Below are positions 12,730 to 25,839 of a DNA stretch of 64,000 nt, one piece after another. Both the position numbers and the translations under genes were made by a program. This stretch comes from the human T2T-CHM13v2.0 reference genome, Homo sapiens. Positions within the stretch are counted from its first letter, which is position 1. Every line of letters begins with the position of its first letter. The DNA lies in the NCBI RefSeq assembly GCF_009914755.1, contig NC_060935.1. One strand, 5' to 3'. Under the pieces are notes generated by a model that ran no database searches, was not told where the DNA came from, and saw only the letters and a program-made list of their open reading frames with translations.

Positions 12730-13191
12730 TGTATGGGTTTGCTACAGCTGCGGCCATACAATGCCACAGACTGGGTGGCTTAAATGACAGAAGCTATTGT
12801 CTCACAGTTCTGGAGGCTGAAAGTCTAAGATCAAGGTGCTGGCAGGGCCAGTTCCTTCTGAGGGCTGAGGGGAACCTGCTCCACACCTCTCCCCTGGATT
12901 CTGATGGTTTGCAAGCCATCTTTGGAGTTCCTTGGCTTGTGGAAGCATCACTCCGACTCTGCTCTCATCTCTGCATGACATTCTCCCTCTGTGTGGGTCT
13001 CCATGTTTAAATTTCCCCTTTGTATAAGGATATAGTCACGTTAGGCTAAGGGTCCGCCCTACTCCAGGGTGACCTCCTCTTAACAAATTACATCTGTACA
13101 GACCCTATTTCTAGAAAAGATCACATTCTGAAGGACTGGGGCTTAGGACATCAACATATAAATGTCAAGGTGACACAATAAACACATAATA
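12730..13191 (-). mobile_element. MLT1C-like MaLR solo LTR
   Basis: ccacagactgggtggcttaaa..tctcacagttctggaggctg..gttccttggcttgtggaagcatcactcc..tcacattctgaagg. Confidence 0.85.
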
Positions 13192-14732
13192 CTTATCAAT
13201 CAGAAAGAAATAAAAGGGCATCCAGAGGGTGACCTAGAAAGCCAGGAGCTGGAGAGAGAATTCCAGCACCTACATCCTTTGTTCGACAAAGATACGTTGT
13301 TGTTATTTGTTTCTGTTGGAGCAGCCAGGACCTGTTTCTCAAACTCAGATCTTTCCCATAGCTCCCTCTTTACTCTCCCAAAACAGAAGAACAGAACAGC
13401 TGGAGCCGACAGTTCTAGATGTTCCCTTGGAGGGGAGCCCATGGCCACCTTAGCCTAAAGGACAGCTAGTGACCCAAGCATTCTAACCACCAGAAAACTC
13501 ACAAACGGGACTGGGGACACTCTAAACTCTCCATTGCAGGTTTCAGGAAAGACTTGGCAAATCTGCTCACCTATGAAAGGAAAGAAGGTGAAATGATTTT
13601 GTATTTTGTTTTCCACTGACCTGGCTATGACACAGCCGAGGATCTGGTGAATGTTCAAAGAGAAATTAGCCTGTTGTTGAACATTCTCCATAATGTCCAT
13701 CCAATTCAATTAGTTAATAGAATCACAAAATGTCAGTGTGGGAGTACAGGGCTAATTCAATCCGAGCTCATTTTGTAGACGAAGAAAGCAATGCTGAAGA
13801 AAGGTAAAGAGTTTCCCCCACACACAATCAGGCTCCCGAGTGGAAGCACTTAGGTTTGCAGGCTCCCAACCAGGGCCCAGGACAAGACACTGCCTGGCTG
13901 GAGGCAGGGATGGGTGTGGCCTAAAAGAACACAGCTCCTGCCCTCAGGGAGCTAACTCTCTGGTGGGAGGAGCAGGGCCCATTGCTGCTGATCACTGGCA
14001 GGGGGAGTGCTTGGTGCGTGCCCCTGCCTCCCTTCTGTGTTCCTAGGGGCTGGGGCTGTCTCTCCAGCCCGGCATAGCTGAAGCTGATTAGCTGATGTGC
14101 AAAAGGAAATCCAGACTTGGGCCTTTAAAGCACTGAGCTCACAAGCAGAAGCCCTGTGAGCAGGAGAAGGCATCCTAGTGTAGCCCAGCCTTCCTGCTCT
14201 CTCATGGCAATCCCCAGTCCCTCCAGCTTCCTCCAAACCCAGTCACAAACAGAGAAGAGGCCAAGAGGGAGTGTTTGAGAAGGTGTGAAGGCCCACCCAC
14301 GGCAGCTAAGGCCAAGCTCAGCTGTCTGTAGTTTCCTCAGTCTCCCCATTCCCCCTTGCCTGGGCCAGTGGACTCAGAACTTATGAAATCCACAGTTTCC
14401 ACTCTGTGTCAGCCTTCCCCTCCCTCTCCCAGACCCTGGCAGCCACTTATTCCTAGGCAAGGCCAGGAGAGCCCCTGAAGGCAGGCTGGAAGCCATCCAT
14501 CTTCACTGAGCTCTCTGGTTTTCCAGGAGCCCCAGGGTCCTAAGTCATCCCTAGAGACACCCCAGGTCTGGGGAGGGAAAGGGGGTTAGAATGATGGGCT
14601 GGCTGGCTGCCTCCTCGGCCTCCTACCCCTGGGATTGGGAGGGAATTGGGCTCATCTTCTGATCTGAGAGGAAAGGAAGCACCAAGGGAATGGGATTTGA
14701 GTTTCAGAAGGGGGCGTCAAAGGGATGAGGAT

Positions 14733-14797
14733 TTAAAAATAAACAGAAGAGCCAGCAGTGTCTTTTTAGCGATAGCCATGGTAACGGACACTGCTGG
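14733..14797. promoter_or_regulatory. Candidate enhancer core: MEF2 site + RFX X-box-like motif
   Basis: TTAAAAATAA (14733-14742) fits YTAWWWWTAR; ATAGCCATGGTAAC (14772-14785) resembles GTTGCCATGGCAAC; local CpG retention. Confidence 0.4.
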
Positions 14798-16169
14798 AAT
14801 CGTAGCCGGCGCGGGGCCTGTTCCTGAAGCTTCAGAAATGTATGCAGTGTTACGCCATCTTCCAATCCCCTTTGTCATTGTTGCTGTTGCTGTTGTTTTA
14901 AATTCTCCAGGATGAGGAACCCAAACCCAGGAGAGCACCCCTACATTCTCATATGCACATCCAGGCCCCTCTCCTCCCAGGGTCCCTCTACACATGCGTT
15001 CACAGAGCCCTGTGTACACTCAGGCGTGTGCACCCATGCTAACACAAAGACACGCCCTGCTGTGCTCATATGCTGACACCTACAGAAACATAGATGTGTG
15101 CCCGTGTATCTTCTCACATTCCTACGTATGCTTAAAAACGCATACTACGGTAGCCAGGCGGAGGCTGGAGTCTTGAATCAAAGCCTCCTGATGCTCTATC
15201 CAGCCTCCAAAATCATTTTCGTACGTGTGGGCACTCACAGTTTAATCTGACATCTTTTCTACACATTTGCATACTTGCCCACAGGAAGTCTGTGGTTATG
15301 TGCTGTATGGATGTCTTCACACCCAAGGTCTGGCACAGATGTGGGAACACACTTGTATGTCCAAGTACATATGACTGACGTATCTCTCCTTACCCAACCT
15401 GCTTGACTATATGTGGAATTGTGTTCCAAGTCAGCTCCCTCAAATGTATGCACTTGAGCAAAAGCAAATGCATGCTTGCCTTCCCCTGTTCTGACCACAT
15501 AATGGTTTCTCATAGCCAGGAGGGCACACTCGTATGTTCAAGCACAAGGACTCCAATGCAGCCTGGCAAAGCCATGTGGTCTAGAGTTATCCTTCCTCCT
15601 ACTTGGCACTTTCCCCTCACTCTCTCTCCACTCTCTTGCTGTCACTTTAAACTTCAGCAAAGCACACCGAGTCAATGCCTTTCATATGCCCCACAAAAGG
15701 TGGGGGAGAAGAAACGCAGACAGTCACAGACAGCCCTAGACTCAGCTTTGAGGCCCTTGGCTTCCTCAGCAGGCAAAATCAAGCAGAAATGCAATACCAG
15801 AGCCAGTATGTTTTTAAAAAATTGCACAAGTCTCCCAAGAAGGCAGAAAAATCAAAGCTTCATCATTTAAAATCCCCACACAACAGAAGAAGAAATAAAC
15901 ACAGAGCTCTCAGAAAAGGCTGAGGTTCCCCCACTTCTCCTTCCCAGAAGAAAAGACAAACAGAAAACAAATCAAAAACCAAATCTGGACTGAAAGGAGC
16001 AATTGTCGAATGGGTAGCTCCAGGCTGTCTTCTCACCCTAGGAAATATGTTCCCTGACCGCAGAACAGGAATGAGAAGGGGCTCTAGCAGGAGTTGGTCA
16101 GAGGGGCAGCCTGCGTTAGGCTGGCCCAAGCAATGAGATACTTGTTCCTGGGGAATGGGGCAGGAAAAA

Positions 16170-16360
16170 TCTCAGACTTTGGAGGCAAACAGACTTACGT
16201 GTGATGCCAGGTCTCCGGGTCTCTCATTTAGTGGGCGTGTGACCTTGAACAAGGCCATTGGCCTCTGAGCCTCAGTTTTGTCACCTGTAGAGCAAAGATC
16301 AATGCAAGGTCCTTACTTCCAAGTCTGGTTATGAGGATCAAATGAGATGCCATAAAATTA
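16170..16360 (+). mobile_element. MIR SINE
   Basis: gtgtgaccttgaacaag..ctctgagcctcagttttgtcacctgta..tgaggatcaaatgagat. Confidence 0.75.
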
Positions 16361-16649
16361 TTTCACAACTCAAATACATGTCTAGCAAATGGCCAAGGAA
16401 AGATCTCTGGATTCTAGAACAGGGGGGGTCTGTAGACTCTGATCTTTGGTTACAACAAACGTTCAGAACATGACCAAGGAATGATCTGTGCCCCCACTCT
16501 CGAGGGAGGAAAAGCATCTAAGAGAAAGGGAGTGTGGGCATCACTGGCTCCTTTGTCCAAGTGCCTGAGGGTTGATGGTCTTTTTCTAACGAAGACCCAG
16601 GTCCTTTCTCCTGATATTGAAGGTCTCTCCTCTCAATAAATGAATAGGC

Positions 16650-16956
<307 letters not shown>

Positions 16957-17111
16957 TGAATAGGTTTTTATTGCTCACCTACTCCATGCTTGGCCACATA
17001 CCAAAGCTCAATGAGGGACCCATGGCCTATGTTTGGGCTCCTGCCTGCTCCTAAGTGCTGAACTTCACTTAAGGAGAACAGACTTTCACCTGGGAAATAG
17101 TAAAGCATCCC

Positions 17112-17797
<686 letters not shown>

Positions 17798-18189
17798 TCA
17801 CGCCACCCCTCACTGAAGGTGGATATCAGTCAAAGCAGGCCAGGCCAGGAGAGCGCTGCCTGGGGTAAGTGTTTAGTATGGGAAAGCCTAGCGGACACTA
17901 GGCCACTTTGCAGCAAGGAGAGAGCATTCGCACTTCATTCTTGGGTTATGCACACCTAGCTGCAAACATGACCAAGAACAGTCTAAGAAGACTAGAACCC
18001 AGCGGGCAGATGTCAGAAAAGGCCAACTGCTGGGTCACATAAAGAAGGGTGTTGGAAACCAAACAGGAGCGCTGTTCTTCCTTTGAAGAAAGTAGCAGTG
18101 CAATCACACATAGTGCTGTGCAGGACCAGACCTGAGACTCCAGCAGATACCTATTTGCAACGTCCCTCATCTCTTTGAAAAAGCACCTA

Positions 18190-18610
18190 CATTCCTTTCA
18201 ATGTCCAGCTCAAATACCATCTCTTCTGTAGGTCATCCCTAGCCCCAGACACACACACACCCCTCACAGGCATTTGCGAAAATCATTGCTTTATATTCTA
18301 CACATTCATAGTTGTTGATGCCAATCTTTGTAGCAGCACATTCAAATTGTCTATTACATTTTTGGTCATTTCCCACTAGTTACCGTGTAAGCTCCTTGAG
18401 GGCAGGAGTGTGTCCATCTGGTTCATAACTTTAACTTCATTGTATAATGTGGAGCCTGGTACTAGGGTGAACAACTATCCTGATTTTCCTGTGACTGACT
18501 TGTTTTCCAGGATGCCTGACTTTCAGTTCTAAAACTAGGATAATACCAGGCAAATGGAGCTAGTTGGTCACCCTACCTGGCATAAGGTAAGCACTTGATA
18601 AAATAGTTGA
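18190..18610 (+). mobile_element. L2 3' end (host of MER81)
   Basis: ccagctcaaataccatctcttct..tgtaagctccttgagggcagg..cctggcataaggtaagcacttgataaata. Confidence 0.75.
18463..18575. mobile_element. MER81 (hAT-Blackjack MITE), full length
   Basis: TIRs tagggtgaacaact / agttggtcacccta; 113 bp; 8-bp TSD cctggtac/cctggcat. Confidence 0.85.
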
Positions 18611-19079
18611 TATGCAAACACTGCAATAGATAAGGAGCAGGTCCAGGAAAGAATTACAGAATGATCAATGTGATAAGGATGGCGGTAGGAAGCACCGTAT
18701 GCAGACTTATTAAAGATAAGGCTTTATTGGCCTAGAAGGAATAAGCTAAAAGGATATAATCCAAATCTATGTCATCGTGAGCTGAAAACACAAACAGCTT
18801 GAAGAATTTTGAATATATTATGGTTCACAGGGTCATAATGGGAGAAGCCAGAGCATTTGAGGGCAATCTATGGGTTTTTAAGGCTGTTGTACAAAAGGAC
18901 AATATATTTGTCAAAATCTCTTAAAGACAGAGACTGGATTGCATGGCTCATGCATATAAATATGCATATAAATACGTGGGTGTTTCCCCGAGTATCAATA
19001 TTATTTTTCCATACAAATATTATTATAACAGCATCAAAATGAATTTTTAAGAATGTTTAAGAAGGAAAAAAATAGTGGG

Positions 19080-19450
19080 TTAAGCCCAGACCAACAACTC
19101 ATTTTTTTGTATATTATCTTTTAGTCCTTGCTCTTACTTTTACATAATTATAATCAGAGTGAACATACCATTTATATCCCATTTTTTAAAACCATAGACT
19201 GTGTGGGAAACATTTTCTACATTGTTACTAGTCTCAACAGTTATTCTTTGTAATGGCAATGCAATAGTCTGTAACTCACTTAACAGTTCCCCTAGTGTTG
19301 GCATTTAGATGCTTCTAGTTTTCTACTAATGAAGATAATCCTGCAATGAATAGCTATGCACGTGCTTCTTTTTCCTTCTTCTGTAATATTTCCTAATAAT
19401 AAATATCTCGAATTGAAATTACTAGGTGGAGGGATAGAATAATGTTTATG
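19080..19450 (-). mobile_element. L1ME-type 3' fragment
   Basis: cacttaacagttcccctagtgttggcatttagatgcttctagttttctacta..gaaattactaggt. Confidence 0.6.
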
Positions 19451-19454
19451 ACTC

Positions 19455-20030
19455 ATCCATGCTTTCACCAAACATTTTTTGAAAACCTACTCCAGGCCAG
19501 AGACTGCGCTAAGCACGGGGGGTACAAAGATGGAAGAGTTAGTCTCTGCCGTCAGAAGGTTCACAGTCTGGCGGCAACACAGACACATAAACTACACAGT
19601 TCATAAATATTCCAGTTGTGGTAAGGGGGGCTACTGGGGTCCCAGGGAAATGATTCTCACTGAGCCAAGCAAGAGGCACATGGTTGAGCAAGCCATTCCA
19701 GAACAGGATCTACTTGCCCTGCAAATGCAGGAAATGTCAATCTGGAGGGCATGGTGGAGAAGGAAATTCCAGACAGAGAAAATAGCAAGATCTAAGTCAT
19801 GACAGCAGTAGAAAATATGGGGTATTCCAGGAATTGCTGGTGGCTTGATCGTATCAGGGCATAGACGTGCCTGCAGAGAGGGTCTGGAGAGGCTGATGAC
19901 AGGAGATAAGGCTGATGGAGACAAGGCTGAGCAGGAGGTGGCCCACCTGCGGACCGTGCTATGAGTTTGCATTCTACCTTTAAGGTAGTAGGGAGCCGAT
20001 AGGGATTTTAAGCACACTCTTGATACAGTT
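19455..20030 (-). mobile_element. L2 LINE fragment
   Basis: aaacattttttgaaaacctactccaggccagagactgcgctaagcac..gttcacagtctgg..gggagccgatagggattttaagca. Confidence 0.75.
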
Positions 20031-21791
20031 TTCCAATTTGCTTTCCAAATTATGCTCATTATAAGAAAACCCCTTCTGAAGGTTTTTTGTACTGTTTTTC
20101 CTTGGGCTTCCTCAGGGCTCTATTCTCATTTCTGCCACAGAATGAGGGTGGGGCGGGTGGAAGAGAACAAATAAACTCTGGCCTGAGGCCATTATAGATG
20201 AGTGGAAATGAACATATTCCAAGGAGCGTGTGTGTGTTGGGGCGGGGGAGTTGGAGGGGGAGAGTTAATGAAGATCTTCATGACTGGAAGCAAAAGCAGA
20301 GAGGAGGGTACTATTACATGGAGATGCATAACACCTGCCACCTCCCCCAAAAGCCAGGCCAACAAAAACCCAGACTCCTTTAAGACGTCTTAAACAAAGG
20401 TCCTGGTCCCCACGCCCTTTTTGGAACCTTCACTGAGAAGCATGGCTTAGTCACATTGGGAGTCATATAGGAAGATGGGTGGTGACTCCTTTATCCTTTA
20501 TCCCTGAATTCCAGGAGCCTCTTGAACTTCCCATCCCACTGCGACTTATCCACCAGAGCCCCCAAGGGCAATCAGCTGCTAGCTTCCCCTGGCTTGTTCT
20601 TTCTTGCTCCGACGTGCCCCTACATTCCCCAAACACACCAGACCCATGATGGCTCCAAGGTTTTGAGCAATTTTCTTCCGACTGCTGGGATTACCCTTTC
20701 TCTACCTGGTTGCCTAACTCTCCCTTGTTTTCTGAGTCTTGGCTTAGAGTCCACGTTCTGTGAAGTGTTCCTAACCCTCTAGGCAGAGCTGGGTCACCAC
20801 AGGACTTTGCATGTATGGTCAACCGGATTGAATTGTTACTGTAACTGTCTTTGTCTCTTTCTAGACTGTGCCCATCTTCAGGGCATGAACCATGCATTAT
20901 TCATTGCTGATCCCTGGCACCTACCTAGGGCCTGATACCTAGAGGTGGCAACCACTATTATTGAATTTATCCAAATATTTGTTCCTGTCACCGAACTATG
21001 TTAAAGGGAAATAATTGGGCAGAAGGAAAAGCACTCAGCTACAAAGGACGCTGCATTCTGTGCTGTTTCACGGGGATGCATATGGGATGTTTGAAGCCCC
21101 TATAAAGCACAGAAGTAATGCGAGCAGCTATTTGTCCCTTTCTCTCCTGCCTCTATCTGTTCTCTCTGCCTCCCGTTATTCTTCCCCTCAGCTTTCAAAG
21201 ACACAAAGAGGTATCTACCCCAGGTGCCTGCAGGCTCACCTTTTTTCCTCCCCTTGGGCTGCAGGAGGGGAGAAGCTGGGCCAGCAGCAATGCCTTTCCC
21301 TGCCTGCTTCTAATTCCCGTCCCCTTATTAAATTCAGGGCTGATTTGGGCTGTGTGAGCTTTGTTGGACCCCCTGCTGCTGGACCAATTCCTTTTCTTTC
21401 TCTCCTCCTGGTGACTAATAGCTGCTCTTTCCTTCAGTCTGTGTGCGCCTCCCTTCTCCTCCCCTCCCGTTCAAAGGCAGTGGAGTCGTGATGCCTCCTC
21501 ATCCACTGGACTCCCCGAAGCACAGTTCTGGGAAGCAAGTTCAAGCCCCCCAGGCCAGCTCTTCTAGGGTCTGGGGCATCTCTCTCTAGGGAGGTATTGC
21601 TGTAGAAATAGGAGGCTGGCTGGCCCAGAGGGGATGGAGATGGAGAGGAAGGAGGAGGAGGAAGAGAGAGGCCGGGCAGTCTAGCACAGGAGGGAGGGAA
21701 AGGAGGCAGAGCCTGCAAAAGGATGGAGCACTCAGGGCAGATCACAGAAGCCCCAGAACAAAGGGAGAAGGAACATGATAGAAAAGATGCA

Positions 21792-22078
21792 GGCGCGAAA
21801 CAACCACGCGGAAGTGAGGCATGAAAGGCAGTTGGGTGACGTGGAAAATGCCAGAGAGCAAAGCCACAACCAAACAAAACGCTAAGACTAGAGGATTTGC
21901 AACCTCGTCTTAGGAGGAGAAAAAGTGCCTTGGAAACAGTGCTGGAGGTTCTGTCCAGGGACCCCTTGGCCCAAGTTGGGGAGCAGGATGGGACTCAGAA
22001 ACCAAAGCTTCAACAACAGAATCTAGTGCCAGGCGGGGCCCCCTGGAGGCTGAGTATGCTCACACTCACGCATGCGCA
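21792..22078. promoter_or_regulatory. Candidate promoter-like motif cluster (E2F, ETS, ATF/CRE, NRF1)
   Basis: GGCGCGAAA 21792-21800, GCGGAAGTG 21808-21816, TGACGTGG 21837-21844, CACGCATGCGCA 22067-22078. Confidence 0.35.
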
Positions 22079-22790
22079 TGCCCAGAGCATGTACCTGAGG
22101 CTGGCTAGCAGGGGTTCCGTTCCTCACTCTAATGGGGTCCAGCCTGCAGGCTGGTGGCTGTAGAAGTACAGGTTGCACTGACCACATACCCAGCTGCATT
22201 TGCCACATGAGAGGGGATGACGGTTCCAGTGAGGCAAGTATCAGAGCAGGAGTCAGGAGTGCAGTGTGTTGCTGCTGACCCTTAGCTGTGTGCCTTTGAA
22301 CGAGTTGCCATATGTCACAAAGCCCTTTGTTCTCACCCATGTTCACAGTCCCAGCCCTGCTGTCCATCATGAGTGTGACAAAGAAACTGATGAAAAATAG
22401 ACACAGAAGCGCTTTGCAAACTGTACACTGCTCTGGAAATAAGAGTGTCACCTTCGCAGTCGAGGACTCACAGGAGGGACCAGAAGGAGAATGTGGATGA
22501 CCCCCCACCAGCCGCATCTGTTCCAGAATCTCTCCCACTTTCTGTTCTAGCCATTCTGAACTTCTGTTGGTTCCCAATCCTGGGCCAGCTTGCTCTCTCT
22601 CTCATTTCTGAGCCTCTACACATTGTTCCCTCTGCCTGGAATGTTTCTGCACCTTCTCTTTGCTCAGCTAACTCATCTGCTTTCTGGTCTCAGCTTACAT
22701 GCCACTTCTTCCAGGAAGCCTTCCTGGAACCACTATGTACTTGTTTTGTGTTTCTGCTACATGCTCTTATGGAATCCTGCACTTCTAGGG

Positions 22791-22793
<3 letters not shown>

Positions 22794-22860
<67 letters not shown>

Positions 22861-22868
22861 AAGAGAGA
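22794..22868. repeat. (TG)n(GA)n compound microsatellite
   Basis: About (TG)18 followed by about (GA)14 and a degenerate GA tail. Confidence 0.97.
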
Positions 22869-23479
22869 AACTGTCTCTGAGTTAGGGGGAGGTGGGTGTG
22901 AGTCCCTCACAATGCCATTTATAGCCCACTCCTGAGCCCCAGACCACTGTGGAGAACAACCATCGCTGAGTGTGGGTGCTCCACCACCTGTCCACCAGCT
23001 GCCACTCTCTTCCAACTCTTGGGGAGCAGCCACGGGAGTCTGAAGCATTTTCTGGGTCACTGCCTAGCAATTGGTAACAGCGGCCTTCCTTCCCCACACT
23101 TGTCTCTCGCTGAGTAAGCTCTGAAACCCCCGCACAGCACTGACATGCTTCCGCCTCATTCAGAATGAATCTGTTGCTATGGTTGTGTGGGGAGCTGTGC
23201 GTGCAGCGTGTGAGCCAAGCCAACTGAGATGGGAGCTCTGGGCTCTCTCACGCTCGTCACCAGTGATGTCGGGCACACCTTTGGTGGCATTTCTCCCTTT
23301 GTCCTCTTCTAGAGTTTCTGCATCACGCATTGGGGCTGGGAGATATGAGTGGGTCCAGGCTCTGCCCTCAGCTGTGGGGGTGGGGGACACTCTGCAGAGC
23401 CAGCCTTCACTTTATCCCCCTCACTTTTCCCTAATGAGATTATCTCGCCTCGCTGGAATCTGACTGCCAGTCCCTCACA

Positions 23480-23700
23480 TCATTCAGTTCTCTGCACAAT
23501 ATCACCTCCTCAGAGGCCTCCTTGACCGTTGCATCTAAAATAGCTCCCCTTCCCACTTCCAGCTCTCGCTGCTCTGTTTTTCTTCATAGCATGCATCACT
23601 GCTGTTATTGCAACACACCCTTTGTGTGTAAATATCTATTATCTGGCTGCCTCATTAGAATGAAAGCTAGAGGAGGGCGGGGACTGTGTGGCTTCGGTTC
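23480..23700 (+). mobile_element. L2 3' fragment
   Basis: aatatcacctcctcagaggcctccttgacc..tctaaaatagc..ttagaatgaaagctagaggagggcgggga. Confidence 0.7.
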
Positions 23701-23704
23701 CTAC

Positions 23705-24147
23705 TGAGCTGTCTATTCTCCATTTGCCCTCTGCCCCCTCCAGTCCATGCTCCACTCTTCTGCAACCTGCTGTGGCCCCAGGAGGCTGACCTCTGCCAAT
23801 TGCACCTCCCACGCTCTCTTGATGACTGGTTCCTTGTTGGGTGTGTCCAGTGTGAGCATCAGAGGCCACTCCTTCCCTGCTTTGACACTGTGGATCTGGC
23901 AGGAGGGTCCTTCTACAGCTACAGCTGCTACAGCTCTTGCCAAACAGCCTCTCTTCCATGATTCCAGTGCTCATGGGCTCCAGTAGCTCCATTTCCCCTG
24001 GCTGTCTTGATATTGCAGGTTTCTGATCCTTTGCCATGCCTTTTTGGTCCCTTAGCCTGCTCATACCTTTGTAACTAGTTCCTTCCTTGGAGCCCCTTTA
24101 TCTGGACTGTCTGAAGGGAAACATATCTCCTACTGAGACTTTGATAT
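23705..24147 (+). mobile_element. LTR33-family (ERVL) solo LTR
   Basis: ccccaggaggctgacctctg..gcctgctcatacctttgtaactagttcc 3' signature. Confidence 0.7.
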
Positions 24148-25839
24148 AGTTATTGCTGAGTGGATAGATAAATGACTGGCAGGTGCCCCAGATTGATGCC
24201 CAGGCTTGGCTATGGAGGATAGGAAGGAAGGCAAAAGAAAGCTCAAGGGAGATATGGGTGTCTCTAAATAGGACAACCCCAAAATTGTTTCCTGATCAAG
24301 AGCAGTACCCACATTTTTAAAGGTTATAAGTGGGAAAATTTTAATCTCCCTCAGTGGCCTGTTCTTATGACTCACATCTCTCCCTGATAGAGATTTAAGG
24401 TAGGATGGAGATGTAAATGGAGAGTGGCCAGGAAGATATCTTTCTAATGCCTAATCCAAATCCCTTTTATTATAGTTGGAAACTCCTTATTCTTGATCTA
24501 AAGATAAAAGTCACCTCTCCCTGTTACTGTTCTAGGAAATCATTATACTACATTAGCATGTAGTATTCTAGTATGTTAATATTTTAAATGGGAAGTGCAA
24601 AGAACACAGGATTTGAGTCCAGGGAAACTAGTGTCTCAGTTCTGACACATTATGCTGAGAGACTCATTTACCCTCCTAAGTATCTGTTTGTCACCCGTAC
24701 AATGGGAGGGATGGTAAGCCTTGCGCAGCCTACCTCCTGCCCTGCATTTGTGAACACCAATGAAAAAACTGTGTAAATGGGAACATTCTGTATCCAAATA
24801 TTAGCTGATGCATTGTCTTCGACATGTTTAATCTCAGGATCTGGGATTCTCCTAAAGTTCTGTTGTCCAAATTCTCCTAACACTGAACCAAATTCTTCCA
24901 CGCCCCAGGTATATACATTACACACATTACCAAATTCTTGATAATGCATATACCTGGGGTGTGGAAGTGGACAGGGGAGACCTCAGTTTCTCTTCTATGA
25001 CCTTAAATGATTATGTTGGTGACTCAGCAGACCCAGGGAAATGGCAATCGGCTCAGGCAACAGCCTGGGTTAAGAGGCTTGATGTCACAAGAGGATCCTC
25101 TATACCCTCACTGGGAAACAAACTCCAATTTTCAGCTGCTGGCTGTCTGAAAAGCCCAGGTGCAAGAAATATTATTCATGGAGGATTATCTGAAGGACAT
25201 GTAGCCCATCTACTCCTATAGGTACACTCGATTTTATCTCTGGATCAAGCCCGACGATCAGTGCTGTATATTTGGACCAAATGGTTTTCGCTCCTTGTGG
25301 AAGCAGATTTCCTAACTTGTGTTTAGGCATACTGATTTAAGTTTGCACTGAAGAAATCCTTCAAGGAAAGCCACGAGTCTAGCTATTACATTTAATGTCA
25401 AAATGGCACTTTAAAAATTGCCTATTAGATCTAGATGTCCCTTTTTGAAGTTCCACATGGGCAACTTCCCTTAGCTTCAGCTTCTCCAGAGAAACTGGTA
25501 TAATTTTCACTAATAGACAATGCCAAATTTGCTACTGATGGCTTCCCCTTTGTCTTTGGTTGCTAGGAAGCTCAGACTTTATGACATGAATTTCTGTGTT
25601 CTAGCTAAGGTCTCCTATTCTTGTTCCTCCTTTATTTCGCTTCATCCCAATCATCAATCTCTATTTGTATCTTATTGTAGTATGTCATTATTACAAGCTA
25701 TCTCAATTTGTTTTTGCAACTCTGTAAAAAAAAAAAAAAGCGGTGGCTCAGAATATACAGAAAGATTGACAAAGTGGTCTGATCAGTGTAAACAAAACAA
25801 ATGAATATATGTATCAATTAAGAGATGGACACCAAAGAC

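Noticed and set aside
22023-22885. 184-aa and 146-aa ORFs
   Set aside because: They run through MIR, L2 and the (TG)n(GA)n microsatellite.
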